This document shows positions 24,905 to 36,459 of a stretch of 64,000 bases of DNA, piece after piece. The notes under the pieces were generated by a model that was given only the letters and a program-made list of their open reading frames with translations, had not been told where the DNA came from and made no database searches. The DNA lies in the NCBI GenBank assembly GCA_040285825.1, contig JAUPSS010000007.1, positions 1,958,689-2,022,688 of the forward strand, written 5' to 3'. The position numbers were made by a program, and so were the translations under genes. The number at the start of each line of letters is the position of its first letter. The first letter of the stretch is position 1. Source of the stretch: Eukaryota sp. TZLM1-RC (taxonomy: Eukaryota > Protista > Metamonada: BaSk clade).

Positions 24905-25809
24905 CTAACCAGTTGTAGCCCTTTTGATAATACTAGAGGCATCACACAGCACTCTTGACAAACTGTCCAGCTTCTGAAGAGAATCAAACTTTTCTAACCG
25001 AGTTGCACCACCTTCCAGCTTTCCCTGCAAAGCATGATGAACCCTCAGTTCTAGAGCCAGAACGGCAGCCTCAACTTCTGCCCTTCTTGTTTTGAAAGTC
25101 AGTAGCTTGTCCCTTCCAGAGTCAATGTTGTTTTGAATAGTTTCTGCTCGAGCCTCAAAGTGCTCACGGAGATTTTGTAGTTTATTGATATGATTTGTTT
25201 GTTGTAAAAGGGCTGCATCGTGTTCCTCACTGATGCTGTTCAACTTCGCCTGCACCTCTTCTGTTTCTTGATCACATTTACTGGCTCTTTCTATGAGAGT
25301 GGAGTGGGCATCAGACAGAGTAATGAAGCGACGACGGATGGCCTCTACTGAGTTGTATTCTGGAGCTACTGCAACAACAGAGTTTAAGTAATCAATGAAA
25401 GGAGCTTCTGAAGTGAGAAGAATGACTTGATCACACGTTTTTCTGTCTGCACTTCCAAGTCTGCCTTTTCTTTAGAGAGTTGACTAAGGAGTTGATTGAG
25501 TTGGGCAATGTCCTGTGAAATATGAGAAATATCGTCGTGAATGGTTCTAATAATACGTTCTGCACGAGTTCTTCTTTTAAAGGTTTGCTGAATGATGTTA
25601 TCTACGTCTTTATAGTCTTTTTGTAACTGATCATGCTTTTTGTCAATTTCCTGTTGAAGATGAGAGAACTCGGTTTCCCGAGATTGAACTTCATTGCGTT
25701 TGGCTTCAAGGTCATCATTGACAGCCATGATTTGACGACGAACATTAAGCCAGCGAGTTGTGGAAGAAACATGATCTAGAAGAGGAAATTCGTTATTGTT
25801 AGAGGCCAT
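24905..25809 (-). CDS. CCDC42/CFAP73-like coiled-coil (DUF4200) protein, 29-nt intron 25408-25436
   Basis: LLDHVSSTTRWLNVRRQIM...LEAKRNE. Splicing gives EKQAPFIDYLNSVV..PEYNSVEAIRRRFITL and joins the 24905 ORF. Confidence 0.75.
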
Positions 25810-25864
25810 AATGTTGAGGCTTGGAAAGTATGGAAAATTCCCGATCCATTTTCGTGCGGAATAA

Positions 25865-27730
25865 TTACAAAAACTGTCTACTACACAGATACTGAGGCCT
25901 TTCATTACCACTCATTCTTGCTTCAGCAATTGCAAACATGTTCAGACAAGCCAGCTTATTTCTATTGAAAAGCTTTGTTGAGCCTTTATTACTGTGTTTG
26001 CAACTCTGACTATTACAAGCTAATAAACCATGACATGTGGTAACTGGAGTCTTTTCTCTTCTATAGAATCTGGGATTTGTTACTCTCAAAAACGTAGCAA
26101 CCTTTTCAAAACAAACAGGACATTTTGCTTAAGTGAAAGCTTCATTAATCATCAACACTTTAAAACCATTGCTGGTCAGAAATTGAAGCCATCAAATACC
26201 TCGAGTAGGTCTCTGATGTTTTGAGTTTTTGGAGCCGATTTTACCATAATCACCCATTGGTAATAAAGTGTCTTTTGGATTGCCAAACTGTTGAACAAGG
26301 TTTTTTAACAACCAACTTTCAGTCTTTTGCTTGTGAATAAATGCTTGCATTGTATGAATGCTCCACAAGTCAAGACTGTAAAAGTCAATTGTCACAATTT
26401 TTTTGCCGAAGTGTGGCAACCACAAAATGAGAAAAATCTATAAAAGTTGCTGAATTGGCAGCAATCGCGGATAATGCGGTGTTTGCATCTTCAATTGTCA
26501 TTTCGTTAGACTCTATCATTTGGTTTCTGACGTAATCTAACTCAGTATACTTTGTCACCCATCGTTTTTGTTTTTCATTAATCCTACTTTTCAAGGACGA
26601 GGACATCTGAGTCTTTCTCAACCATTTGAATTTCTTGTCTTGATTCATCACCCGACTATTTCTTTGCTGTTCAGTTTCATCTTCAGGCACCATGGCTAAT
26701 TCTTGATCAGTCTTTTTACTCCCAAAATACAATAAATCCCGTTTTCCAGGATCACTAACAACAATTCGTTTGCCTTGAAAAGTATCAACATCAACATCAT
26801 CAATATATAAATCAGAAATACTAGCCTTGTTGTCTGGCTTACATTTCTGACCTTGTAAATCCCGACGAACATATTCTACTGCAATATTAAATCCATCTGT
26901 GTGAATAATGTTGTTGAATTTATAATTTCTTTGTTTGACCATTGGTCGGTGTTGAGTATCCACTTAGCTTGTGCATTTCTGACAACACATTTTCCACTTC
27001 TCAAAGTAAACAGTCAAAGTAAACAGTAATAAAACGATTAATATGTTTTTCATAATTTAGTTTCAAATTATTCTCAAAATTGGCAAACATTACTGGGGCC
27101 ATGTACTCAGGTGGTCTTCTGAATTCATCAGTTGGAAATCGTGGAAACTGTTCAGGCCTATATCTCAAATAGTCTACATACTTATGGTTTTGTTCAACTT
27201 TTGGTGTTCAAAGGTAGTCGATAATCTATAATCTCCTTCACCATAAACAAAGTTTTCAAAATCCTTTGAAAATGTACTTTTTGGTTCCACCATTTCTTGC
27301 CCATAATACGCAGCTGAAATATAACGAATTCTGGCCATTAATGATTCATATAATTGGGCAGATATTCGTGGTTGTATAAAAATAACGTTCAAAACAAGAC
27401 TGTAAATACAGTTTTAAGCAACATGTAATACGAATTTGTAACTGTTGAAATTTTAAAACAGTTTCTCTTAATTTGAGTATCACAATTGAATGTTTAACCA
27501 TTGAGTTGACGGTTGCTCGAAAGGATTTATAAGATGATATAATGAGTTTGTCTTTCTGAAACAGCACAAAGTGTTTCAGACAAAAGATACAATCATAAAG
27601 CCCATATTGAATCGAATTTTGTATCAGAGGAGAAGTAGCTAAAAAATCAATTGGCATAATATGGGAAAATTCCTGATGAAGTTTAATTTTCTTTTCATTT
27701 ATCTTTTTATATGCCAGATTGCTGTAAAAT
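25865..27730 (-). pseudogene. Decayed DEDDy-exonuclease(ExoIII end)-Fanzor1 fusion, copy 1
   Basis: In order: YGLYD; YKSFRATVNSMVK...LKLYL; FENNLKLNY; IHTDGF; RuvC-I VVSDPGKRDLL; FGNPKDTLLPMGDY...PTRG; RuvC-II INEAFT; CHGLLACNSQSC; FNRNKLACLNM...GNERPQYLC. Multiple frameshifts. Confidence 0.88.
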
Positions 27731-27945
27731 TAATTTATTGAATTTGCACACTCATAGCTCATAACTAATGGGACGACTGTCATTGAACCAAAATTTCCTC
27801 TACATAATCTTGATTTGCTTGCTGTCTAGCTAAAGCTTCTGTTATTCGATTGAAAAACCGAGGTAATCTATTAATAATGGCAAATTGAATCCGTGAACGC
27901 CAGAAAAAAATATCAAATTTTTTCATTGTGTTTTCTTGAACCATT
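27731..27945 (-). mobile_element. 3'-terminal fragment of the 48458-50525 non-LTR family
   Basis: High nucleotide similarity to 48465-48685 (...WRSRIQFAIINRLPRFFNRI...EEILVQ* and 3' UTR). It interrupts the Fanzor element. Confidence 0.85.
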
Positions 27946-27948
27946 ATT

Positions 27949-28290
27949 AAAATAACAATTCAAGACACAACATTCCATATCTAAAGTGCAAGTACCTAAA
28001 CCCCAAAAAACAATAGAATAAGAAACATCAGAATAACAATTCAAAACAAAACATAACGAAAGAAACATCCCATATTCAAAGTGCAGGTACCTAAACCAAA
28101 AAGATCAACAATATCCAATACATCAAAATAACAATTCAACACAAAACAAAAACAAAAAAACATCTCATATCTAAATTGCAAGTATCTGAGCCACAAATAT
28201 CAACCAAATCAAAAACATAAACAAAATAACAATTCAACACAAAACAAAAACAAGAAAAACAACCCATATCTAACGTGATTAGCACCATGG
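27949..28290. repeat. Degenerate tandem repeat, ~80-100 bp unit, ~4 copies
   Basis: Recurring blocks AAATAACAATTCAA and CATCCCATATCTAAAGTGCAAGTACC. The same repeats occur inverted at 46460-46620. Confidence 0.85.
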
Positions 28291-28319
28291 CTGACACAAC
28301 AGCACCCATATCATGACTC

Positions 28320-28800
28320 ACATGATGACTGAAAAAGGGCAATACTCTACCCCCTTGGAAGGATCAGAACGACGATTTCGATAAGAAACCGAGGCTCTGA
28401 CCTTCCGTTTATTCCTGTGAAGCAGGATGACTGATCCCGACTGAGGAGTTCGGGTAGAAGTACTCTGCTGTTCTGTGAAGAACAGGTTGAAGGAGGAAGT
28501 GGGAACTGAGTCCGTTACATCGTTATCCTTTTCCCCTTTTGCTGCATGATGTTAGAAGAATGGGAAGCGTCACAATAATTTCGGTGTCTGACACGATGTC
28601 TGACATGCTGATTGCAATTTCAAATTGATTGAAAATTTCCACAATGGTATCAAATGCCTATCCACTGTATCTCTATTAGTGGTCATCAACATCAGCTCGA
28701 TTTACCCTTCAACTGTTACTGTTACAATAGTCTCCCACTCTTCTTCTTTACTTGTTTTAACTTCTGAAAAATAGCGCCAAATCACATCACCCATACGTAT
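28320..28800 (-). pseudogene. Decayed unknown ORF with hairpin-rich 3' part, part of the exonuclease-Fanzor element
   Basis: Roughly 80-90% identical (by eye) to 45960-46420 in inverted orientation. Substitutions are enriched for synonymous changes in one frame. Confidence 0.55.
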
Positions 28801-29549
28801 AGGCTGAAACCAAAACACTCCTACTTCGATAAATAAACGTTTGGTTATCTGTTCAAAATCAAGCAATTCATATCACGTCGTTCCAATATTGATTTTTCTT
28901 GTGACATCTCATTTTTTAGACCTGCCGAAAATTTTCTCAGCTATTCTATCGCCTGTAATTTCAAAGAAAGAAAATCTCTTCCTGATCTTAAACCTCAGCC
29001 ATCAATAATTACTAAATTTTTAAAAATCTTTGTAGATGAGAGGTATTCCAACTATGGAGCGATTATCTAATCAACACAAATTTATCTTTCAATTCATTAG
29101 TTATCTCGGCACAATTTTGTAATTCAAGACAAGTCTTAATCAGGCTTTTCTCTTATCTCAAAAGGCTCAAGTCGAAGAGTATCGATAATATTAAGTGAAG
29201 TTCCAAATTCTATTCCTTCATCAGTGAAGTAATCTCATGCCTTCATTTCTAGTAAAGGGACATTTTCAATTTTTGGAAATTTTCTTGAATCAGAAAAAAA
29301 ATTCTCAAAAGCAATCATTTCTGAGATACTTTTTTCATTAATAGTAAATGAAAACTATTAAGATTAATTAGAAATTCATTTGAATGTATTCAAAATATTG
29401 GTTCAAGAAAACAATGCAGAGCTTTGATAACTTTCAAGGCTCTCACGAATTCAATTGACCTGAATTAAGATATCCACATGATTTATTCATTCAATAAGAG
29501 ACACAATGGCGAAAACACAGGCAGATCAGTATTCTGTAGAGCAAATCCA

Positions 29550-30030
29550 TTTTTAAATATTATTTATTTATTAGAAAACTTATAAATCAACATCTAAAAC
29601 AACACCTCTCACAGTGAAATCCAAGAGAAAGCAAAGGATCAGAAACCATCTTCAACATTCCCTCAAAAATAGACAACACAATTCCTGTTTGCCAAAACAA
29701 TCTGTTGAAATTTCTGTTAGTTCTTCTCTTTACAATCATTTCAAAATCTGCCAAAAAACGTTCAGCCGTGGGAGCAAGTGAACCAAATAGAGAAAATACA
29801 AATGGATACAAATTGTATTTTGCATGCTGTTGGGTAGACAATTTGGAAAAAGGTTCATGGTATTTTTTTGATTTTGAAATTTTCAGCATTTGAAAAGGGA
29901 TTATGAATTTCTGAATTAGCTATTCTTTCATTTGAGACATTACATCCAATAAAATGAAGGTTCCATCTAATCCAGGTAATATGACATCTCTATTATTCTT
30001 ATGAAAATCATCTTCTGCATCAAACAGATT
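29550..30030 (-). mobile_element. 3' fragment of an RLE non-LTR element (14.3-kb family)
   Basis: KYNLYPFVFSLFGSL...KRRTNRNFNRLFWQ is homologous to 17380-17580. Confidence 0.85.
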
Positions 30031-32264
30031 TCCTTGTTCACCATTAGTTCTGATTTTATCTCACTAAGCGTTGAAGTTCTGTAAAAAACTAAAAAATATA
30101 AAACACTTTAGTATTTGTCAATTTTTAGTATCCTAAAAATTTTTCAGTAATAAAAATTTTCTTTATTTCTTTGCCGTCTACAAATTGAAGTTATAACCTG
30201 AATTTATGCAACTTAAATCACAAGAGCCATTTTCAGGGTGCAATGGTTTCTCATTTCTGCTCTAGCATCAACCCCAAGATAACTTAAAAATAATCCGCAA
30301 TTATTAAACAAAAAACAAAGAACTAATTTTGGCTTGTTTACACCTTGCATAAGCAATGTGAAGAGCAACAAGAATATTAACTCCAAATTTAGATATCATT
30401 GAAATCCACCAGAGGGTGAACTCAACTGGTTCGGTGCTGAACAAAGTATTCATCAAGGAACTGTACATCACAGCATAGTGGATTTTGTAGGTAGTTTTTT
30501 TAGTGTTCAAATAGTTTCTTTTTAATTTTCAATACAAGCAATGTGGATAAGCATTTGTGGTGGCGCCTTTAGACTTAAATAGAATAAGGGCAAAATAAAT
30601 AAAGTTTAGTTCATTCCTTATTTCCTATTCTCCGACTTATGGCAACAACAAATTTTCGCCTTTTTAGGTTAAAATGGATGCCGTATATAACTATCTTTGC
30701 CTGTGTCACAGTCACATTGATCAGGTATCAGCAAATGTCAGACATCTTTCGGAGAGATATCTCTGATTCTTGTACCTCTAACAGTTTGCAGTCGCAGCAA
30801 CAACAACAACACAATCATAACGAAGACAAGGTGACGGACACGGCACTTCACCTCCTCCTTCTATAAAGATGCAGTCGAAAGAGCTGACGAGGTCCCTTTT
30901 GTTCTAAAATAAATGTCAAACAACTGGCGTAGACCCGTATCCCACCTCTCCTCCTGACTCCAATGTGGTTCAAGAGGTAAACAAAAACGGACACATTTCC
31001 CTCTCTCCTTTCTAGTGTAAAATCTAGTAAGGAAACAGATGTGAAATGCCACCTTACATACATCAACCCCTTTAGACGAGTATCATGAATTTCATGATCA
31101 ACTAGATAACATGGAAGGGGAGATGGCACCAGTGAGGAATGCTCCAAACTCTTAACAAGGACGCAGAGACTGACCTCGAGTCAACGGACTTTTGCCTATT
31201 CGAGCAGCTCCCTTCTTTATAGCCAAACACTAAAAAAGTCGACTACGTACGAAGTTACGAGTAGAGACTTCACCTACATTACCAATGTACTACGAGAACA
31301 CAAATACGAATGTTGCTCTTTTTACAATTTCAGTCGAGGAAACAGTGCTTTAACAACAGAAAACGGCGCCTTCAAATTTCTGAAGTCTGTTACTTTGCAT
31401 ACTGTTGTTTTTAGTCCAACGTAAACCCTGTATAATCATTTGCGAATCCACTATTCGATTCAATAATACCTTATGATCCAACATAGGTCAACATCTGAGT
31501 AGAATTACCAACTAAAAATGATGGGAAATATTGTATTACATACCACAACACATGTACTTTTACCAGTAATACTTATTCAGTTTCTGCAAGCACTGCGCAC
31601 TAATGATAACAAAGCTGGTTGAAAATCAATAATTTCTTTTCCAATTTCAACAAATTTGTTTTAAAATTTCAGTCTGAAGTGTAAACGATTAGAAAAGCTG
31701 ATGCAATTTGAATCAAAGTTGAAATCAAAATAAAAGTAAATAACAGTGGTTATTCGAGGCACATTTGTCAAAACATATAAATGAATCTGTTGTCAAAAAG
31801 ACATAAGATAATTATGATTCCACTCTGCGCTTGTTTCAGGTACCAATTCATAACTTTACAAGTAGTAAGTGAATGACTTATTTTTTGCCCAATTTTCCGC
31901 ATTTTCAAACCCTCAATTGGCCAATCTCAAGATCTCCACTTTTTGGAAAAGAAATACTTAGAAAACCTTTCATTATGGACAACAAAATCACTGCAACGCA
32001 TAGCTGAATATTCTCTGCATATGACATCGTCAAAAAACACTTTAAAAGTTTCAATTGTATGCAGAAAACTGATGTAATGTGGAGATGGACAGAGATATTT
32101 AAAAAGAAAAAAACTAATTTAATTACAATAAAATACAAAATTGACCGAAAATAACCATTTAAACTTAATAAATTCACTTAAACGCACAACCAAATGACTA
32201 CTCTAAAACAACAACAACACTAGATAGAGATTCCAACAATAAACCCCAATGAAACTACTACTTT

Positions 32265-34817
32265 CTACTCATTCTTTTGTAATAACATCTTTGCATGAAG
32301 TAACCTGGAAGCAGCAGCAGCTCGCACCTCTTCGCACCCTGAGGTTCCTGGATTACTTTCGTCAGAAGACTTAACAGAATCAAGTTTAAGGGCTTCTTGG
32401 TAGTCAGCATAAGCCTTGTCGAACATGCCCAAAGAGTCATAAGCAGAACCTCTGTTGAAATAAGCATTAGCAGACACCGGGTCCAGTTCGATTACTTTGG
32501 TAAAGTCACTGATAGCTTCTTTAAAACAACCAAGTTTGTCATAGTTCAAAGCGCGATTGTGGAAAGCATGGATATTAAAGGGATCCAAACTAATTACTTT
32601 GGAGTATTCGGCGATTGCTTCAGAATGCTGGTTACACTTGGCAAAGGAATAGCTTCTATTTAGTAGAGTTCTGATGTTAGAAGGGTTTAGTTCCAAACTA
32701 CGTGAGTAATCTGCAATTGCTTCAGCATATCTGCCCAATTTTCTATAAGCAAAACCTCTATTGTTTAATGCGGCTGAATTGGAAGGATTTAATTCTAAAG
32801 CTTTAGTATAATCAACGATTGCAGACTCAAAATCACCTAAATTACGATGACAAAAACCTCTGTTATGATGATAGATTGGATTTTCAGGGTCTAGTTCAAT
32901 TGCTCTTGAAAAATCATTAATAGCATCCACAAATCTTTTCAGTTTGTCAAAGACAAGTCCTCTGGAATTATAGGAAGAAGCTGAAGAAGAGTCCAAAGAG
33001 ATTGCAGTAGAGAAATCCTCCAAGGCCTTTTCAAACTCACCAAGCTTTTCATAAGAACTTCCCCTGTTATGGTATGCATTTGGGTTGTTTGGTTCTATAT
33101 CAAGAGCTCTTGTGTAGTCTTTGACAGCTAAATCATCCATATTGGTCCTTGCGTACGAGTAAGCTCTGTTATACAAAGCTTTGAAGTGATTAGGATCAAT
33201 TTCAAGTGCTTTAGAGTAGTTGCTGATAGCCTTATCAAAGTCACCAAGCTTTCTATAAGAAAAACCTCTGTTATGATGAAAATCAGCATTAGATGGCAAG
33301 TAGTTAATTGCACAGGAAAAGTTATCAATAGCCGATTTGAAATCTCCTTTCCTGTCGAAGGAGATACCTCGATTGTAAAACACGTAAGGATTGGTAGAAT
33401 CCAAGGAAAGGGCTGAGGTGTAATCAGCAATGGCAAGATCAAATTGACCCAGTCGATCATAAGAGAAACCTCTGTTAAAATAAGCCTTGAAAAAGGAAGG
33501 ATTGATTGAGATTGCTTTGGAGTAATCAGCAATCGCCTGATCAAAGTCACCATTTCTGCGATGCTGAAATCCCCTGGCATGATAGAAATCAGCCTCCTTT
33601 GAAGAATTTGGCTTTGGTTGGGAGGTTTTAGGGATGGGGTTGGGGTTTGAATTGGAGTTGGGGTTAGGGTTAGGGTTAGATCGGACAGGAATGGGCCTGG
33701 CAGTTGATGGTGGTTTTCCCGGTGTGTAAGAATCTATGTACTGACGGACATACGTCCTAACGAGAGACTCGGTCTTGTGTAGATCAGGAGCAGAGAGTGA
33801 AGCCTTTGTGAGAGTTCTAGTGGCTGGTTTTGGTGTAGGAGGATGTGAAAGGCTAGCTGAAGAAGGACGGAGCACAGGAGTGGGACACCTAGAGGGCATT
33901 GGAGAGGGAACGAGGCCTGGATGAGGAGGTGCTGGGGATGAAGCTCTTGAAAGGTTCCTTCCTGTCCTTCTGAAGGGTGATCTCGGCCGCTCACTTTCAA
34001 CGACCAGGGCATGCTTGTAGTCCTCGATGGCCAAGGCGAAGTTACCTTTGCGGTTCTGGACAGCAGCTCTAGCATAAGCAGCAGACGCGTAAACTCTGTC
34101 TATTTGTAAAACAGATGAAAAGTCTTCAATAGACTTGTCTAATTCATTGAGGCGTTCATACGCAACACCTCTGCCATACAAAGCTTCTACATTGTTTTTG
34201 TCTATTTTCAAAATATAATTGAAATCATCAATGGCTCGTTGATATTCACCTTTTGCAAGAAAAGAATTACCTCTAGTGATTCTAGCTTCTTTATTGTTAG
34301 GATTATGTTCAAGCTTAAGTAAGATATCAAAATAAAGCATACAGTTTCTGACGTTAATGTGAGAGATGATTCGCAGTCCTCATTCTTTCTAAGTAGAAGA
34401 GAGCGGCCCCGGCTTACAGGGCGATCTGAAGTAGCATGACGGGGAGAAGGCTCAGGGATAGGATGTTCACTGCTTGGAATACGCATAAGTTACAGACTGC
34501 TTCGTGAAAATATGTATGTGTAGTAGGAAGGATAAGTTGAGAGTTGCAGATGTCCAACAGATGCAATGATGTATTTTTGAGTGCTTTCACTTTTAATCTT
34601 TATTTTTCTGGCAAACTGCTCAGTTCTGCAAGTCAAGTTACACTATTACTAAAAACAAGCTTCTGAAAGAACGTTATCTTCAATAAAATCAACAATGACG
34701 TATTTAACCTCTGTTCGATTCTCTCATATCTATTGTTTCCCACCACCAGGTAAGTGCAGGATAAACATGTTCATCAACATCTTCGACGACTTCTTGGTTC
34801 TGGTGAGGGTTGTCCAT
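32265..34817 (-). CDS. Multi-TPR repeat protein; 29-nt intron 34314-34342; upstream exons uncertain
   Basis: About 15 canonical TPRs (AY.NRG..Y..LG....AI.DY..A..LDP). The GTATGC..AAG intron joins SET|LEHNP. The ATG at 34817 is tentative. Confidence 0.85.
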
Positions 34818-34908
34818 GGTGAATCAGATGACTAGAAATTCTGTAATAGAAGGAAAATTGTACACTATAATCTCAAATTTAACAATTTAATTAATGAACT
34901 ACGAAGTA

Positions 34909-35068
34909 TCATTTTCGCTTTGTACAGAAGTGTTCCCAAGTACTTGAGTTTAATGATGTCTAAACTTTATAAGGATTCATCAAGAGTTGGCGTGGAGAAT
35001 TTAGTTTCTTATGTGTTTTAGTTTGTTTTGTTGTTATTTGATTCTTTATATAAATGGTTAAATTAAAT
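34909..35068 (+). mobile_element. 160-bp 5'-truncated non-LTR copy (22.7-kb family) with 12-bp TSD
   Basis: Near-identical to the reverse complement of ~22765-22890. TSD AACTACGAAGTA at 34897-34908 and 35069-35080. Confidence 0.88.
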
Positions 35069-35080
35069 AACTACGAAGTA

Positions 35081-35530
35081 AAAAGAAACAAAAAAAGCAA
35101 ATTAAAGCACAAAAGAAACAAAATTCTCCACGCCAACTCTTGATGAATCCTTATACAGCTTGGACATCACTAAATTTAAGTATTTGGGAACACTTCTGTA
35201 CAATGCAAAGATGACACGATTCTTCCATAAATACCCAGCAAAATTCTTACCATTTGAACGACAAAGATCATCAAAATCATTTAAAAAATTCAAACCAGAT
35301 TGACCAATGTCATCAAAAATCGAAAATGCAAAAGGAACAAACGGAAACTTCGAGTAAAGGTTCTCATTTAAATCATTTAATATCTCAGTATATTTGTCTC
35401 GTTTACGAACATCAGCCCTGTTTAAGTGACCATTAAACTAACTAAAACATCATCACGATAAATTGAAGCAAAGGGTTCAACTGTAGTAAAATCATCAACA
35501 ACATGAGAGGAATCCACAAAAGGAGCAATA
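35081..35530 (-). mobile_element. Older 3' fragment of the same non-LTR family
   Basis: LWKNRVIFALYRSVPKYL...SSRVGVENFVSFVL* is homologous to the 22777 ORF. Confidence 0.85.
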
Positions 35531-35629
35531 AACTAATGAATTTTTTGTTTTGGAATTAGGTGTTAATCTCAACTTACAATAACTTTACTTTACTACAAGA
35601 CTGAATACAATATACTAATAACTAATGCT

Positions 35630-36200
35630 ACGAAATTCAATGAACCAAGATTTCCTCTACAAAATCCTGATCTGCTTACTATCTAGCTAAAGCTCCTCTT
35701 ATTCGATTGAAAAATTCGAGGAAATCTATTAAAAATGGCAAAGTGAATTGTTGATCACCAAAAAAGTCATCAAATCTCTTCATCGTTTTTTGAACCAATT
35801 GTTTTGAAAATCGTTCAAAAAAATTCCAACTTCTGCTGTAAATGGGAAAGCATTGAAAAATTTATCTACTTCAATCAACATTAGCTTCTTCAATATCTTT
35901 GTCATTTGCTTTCCCATTTTCGATAAAAGGAAGACCATCTGTAGAAGCAGGAACTTTGTTGAATGATTTCCAAAAAACAGTTCAAGAAAAGACAATAAAA
36001 GATTTGCTATATTTTTATGGCGCTCCAGAATTCAATTTGCCATTAATAATAGATTACCTCGGTCTTTCAGTCGAATTAGAGAATCTTTAGCTAGAAAGCA
36101 AGCAGATCAAGATTTTGCAGAAGAAATCTTGGTGCAATGAATTTCGTCCCATTGGTCATGAGTTAATTTTGTCAAGAGTGCAAGTTCAATAAATAAAGGA
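35630..36200. mobile_element. Two oppositely oriented 3' fragments of the 48.5-kb non-LTR family
   Basis: 35630-35890 (-) and 35900-36200 (+) both match the FAFPFSI.GR...QDFVEEILV end. Confidence 0.8.
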
Positions 36201-36459
36201 TATCTTTGTCATATATTCTTTGTCATATTTTTTTGTTTTTCTTTCGTTTTGAGCTCAGGAGCAACTACAGCATCAAGATTTTTTCTTACAATCAAGTTTC
36301 AAACCCCCAATTGTTCTCCTGGTATTTGTTTCAGTTCTATTTTATGTTTATGTTTAGTCATTGTTTGATATACCATCACTAACATTTAGCTCTAATGAAG
36401 AAGAGTGGAAATATTACATTTATTTTAGTGAACAGAAGGAATGATTAACCAGCTATTCA

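Noticed and set aside
27949-28290. CRISPR-like array next to an RNA-guided nuclease
   Set aside because: Repeats are degenerate and the linkers are low-complexity and related to each other, not unique spacers.
28385-28460. Hammerhead ribozyme (GAAAC / CTGAGGA) or HDV-like motif (GTTCCCAGCTCCTCC in copy 2)
   Set aside because: The required stems cannot be built consistently in both copies.
30600-31400. GC-richer stretch with short ORFs and CTGACGA
   Set aside because: Probably a decayed coding relic, but no recognisable motif or ribozyme stems.
33655-33682. TTAGGG telomere-like repeats
   Set aside because: They are the antisense of an Asn-Pro repeat within the TPR coding sequence.
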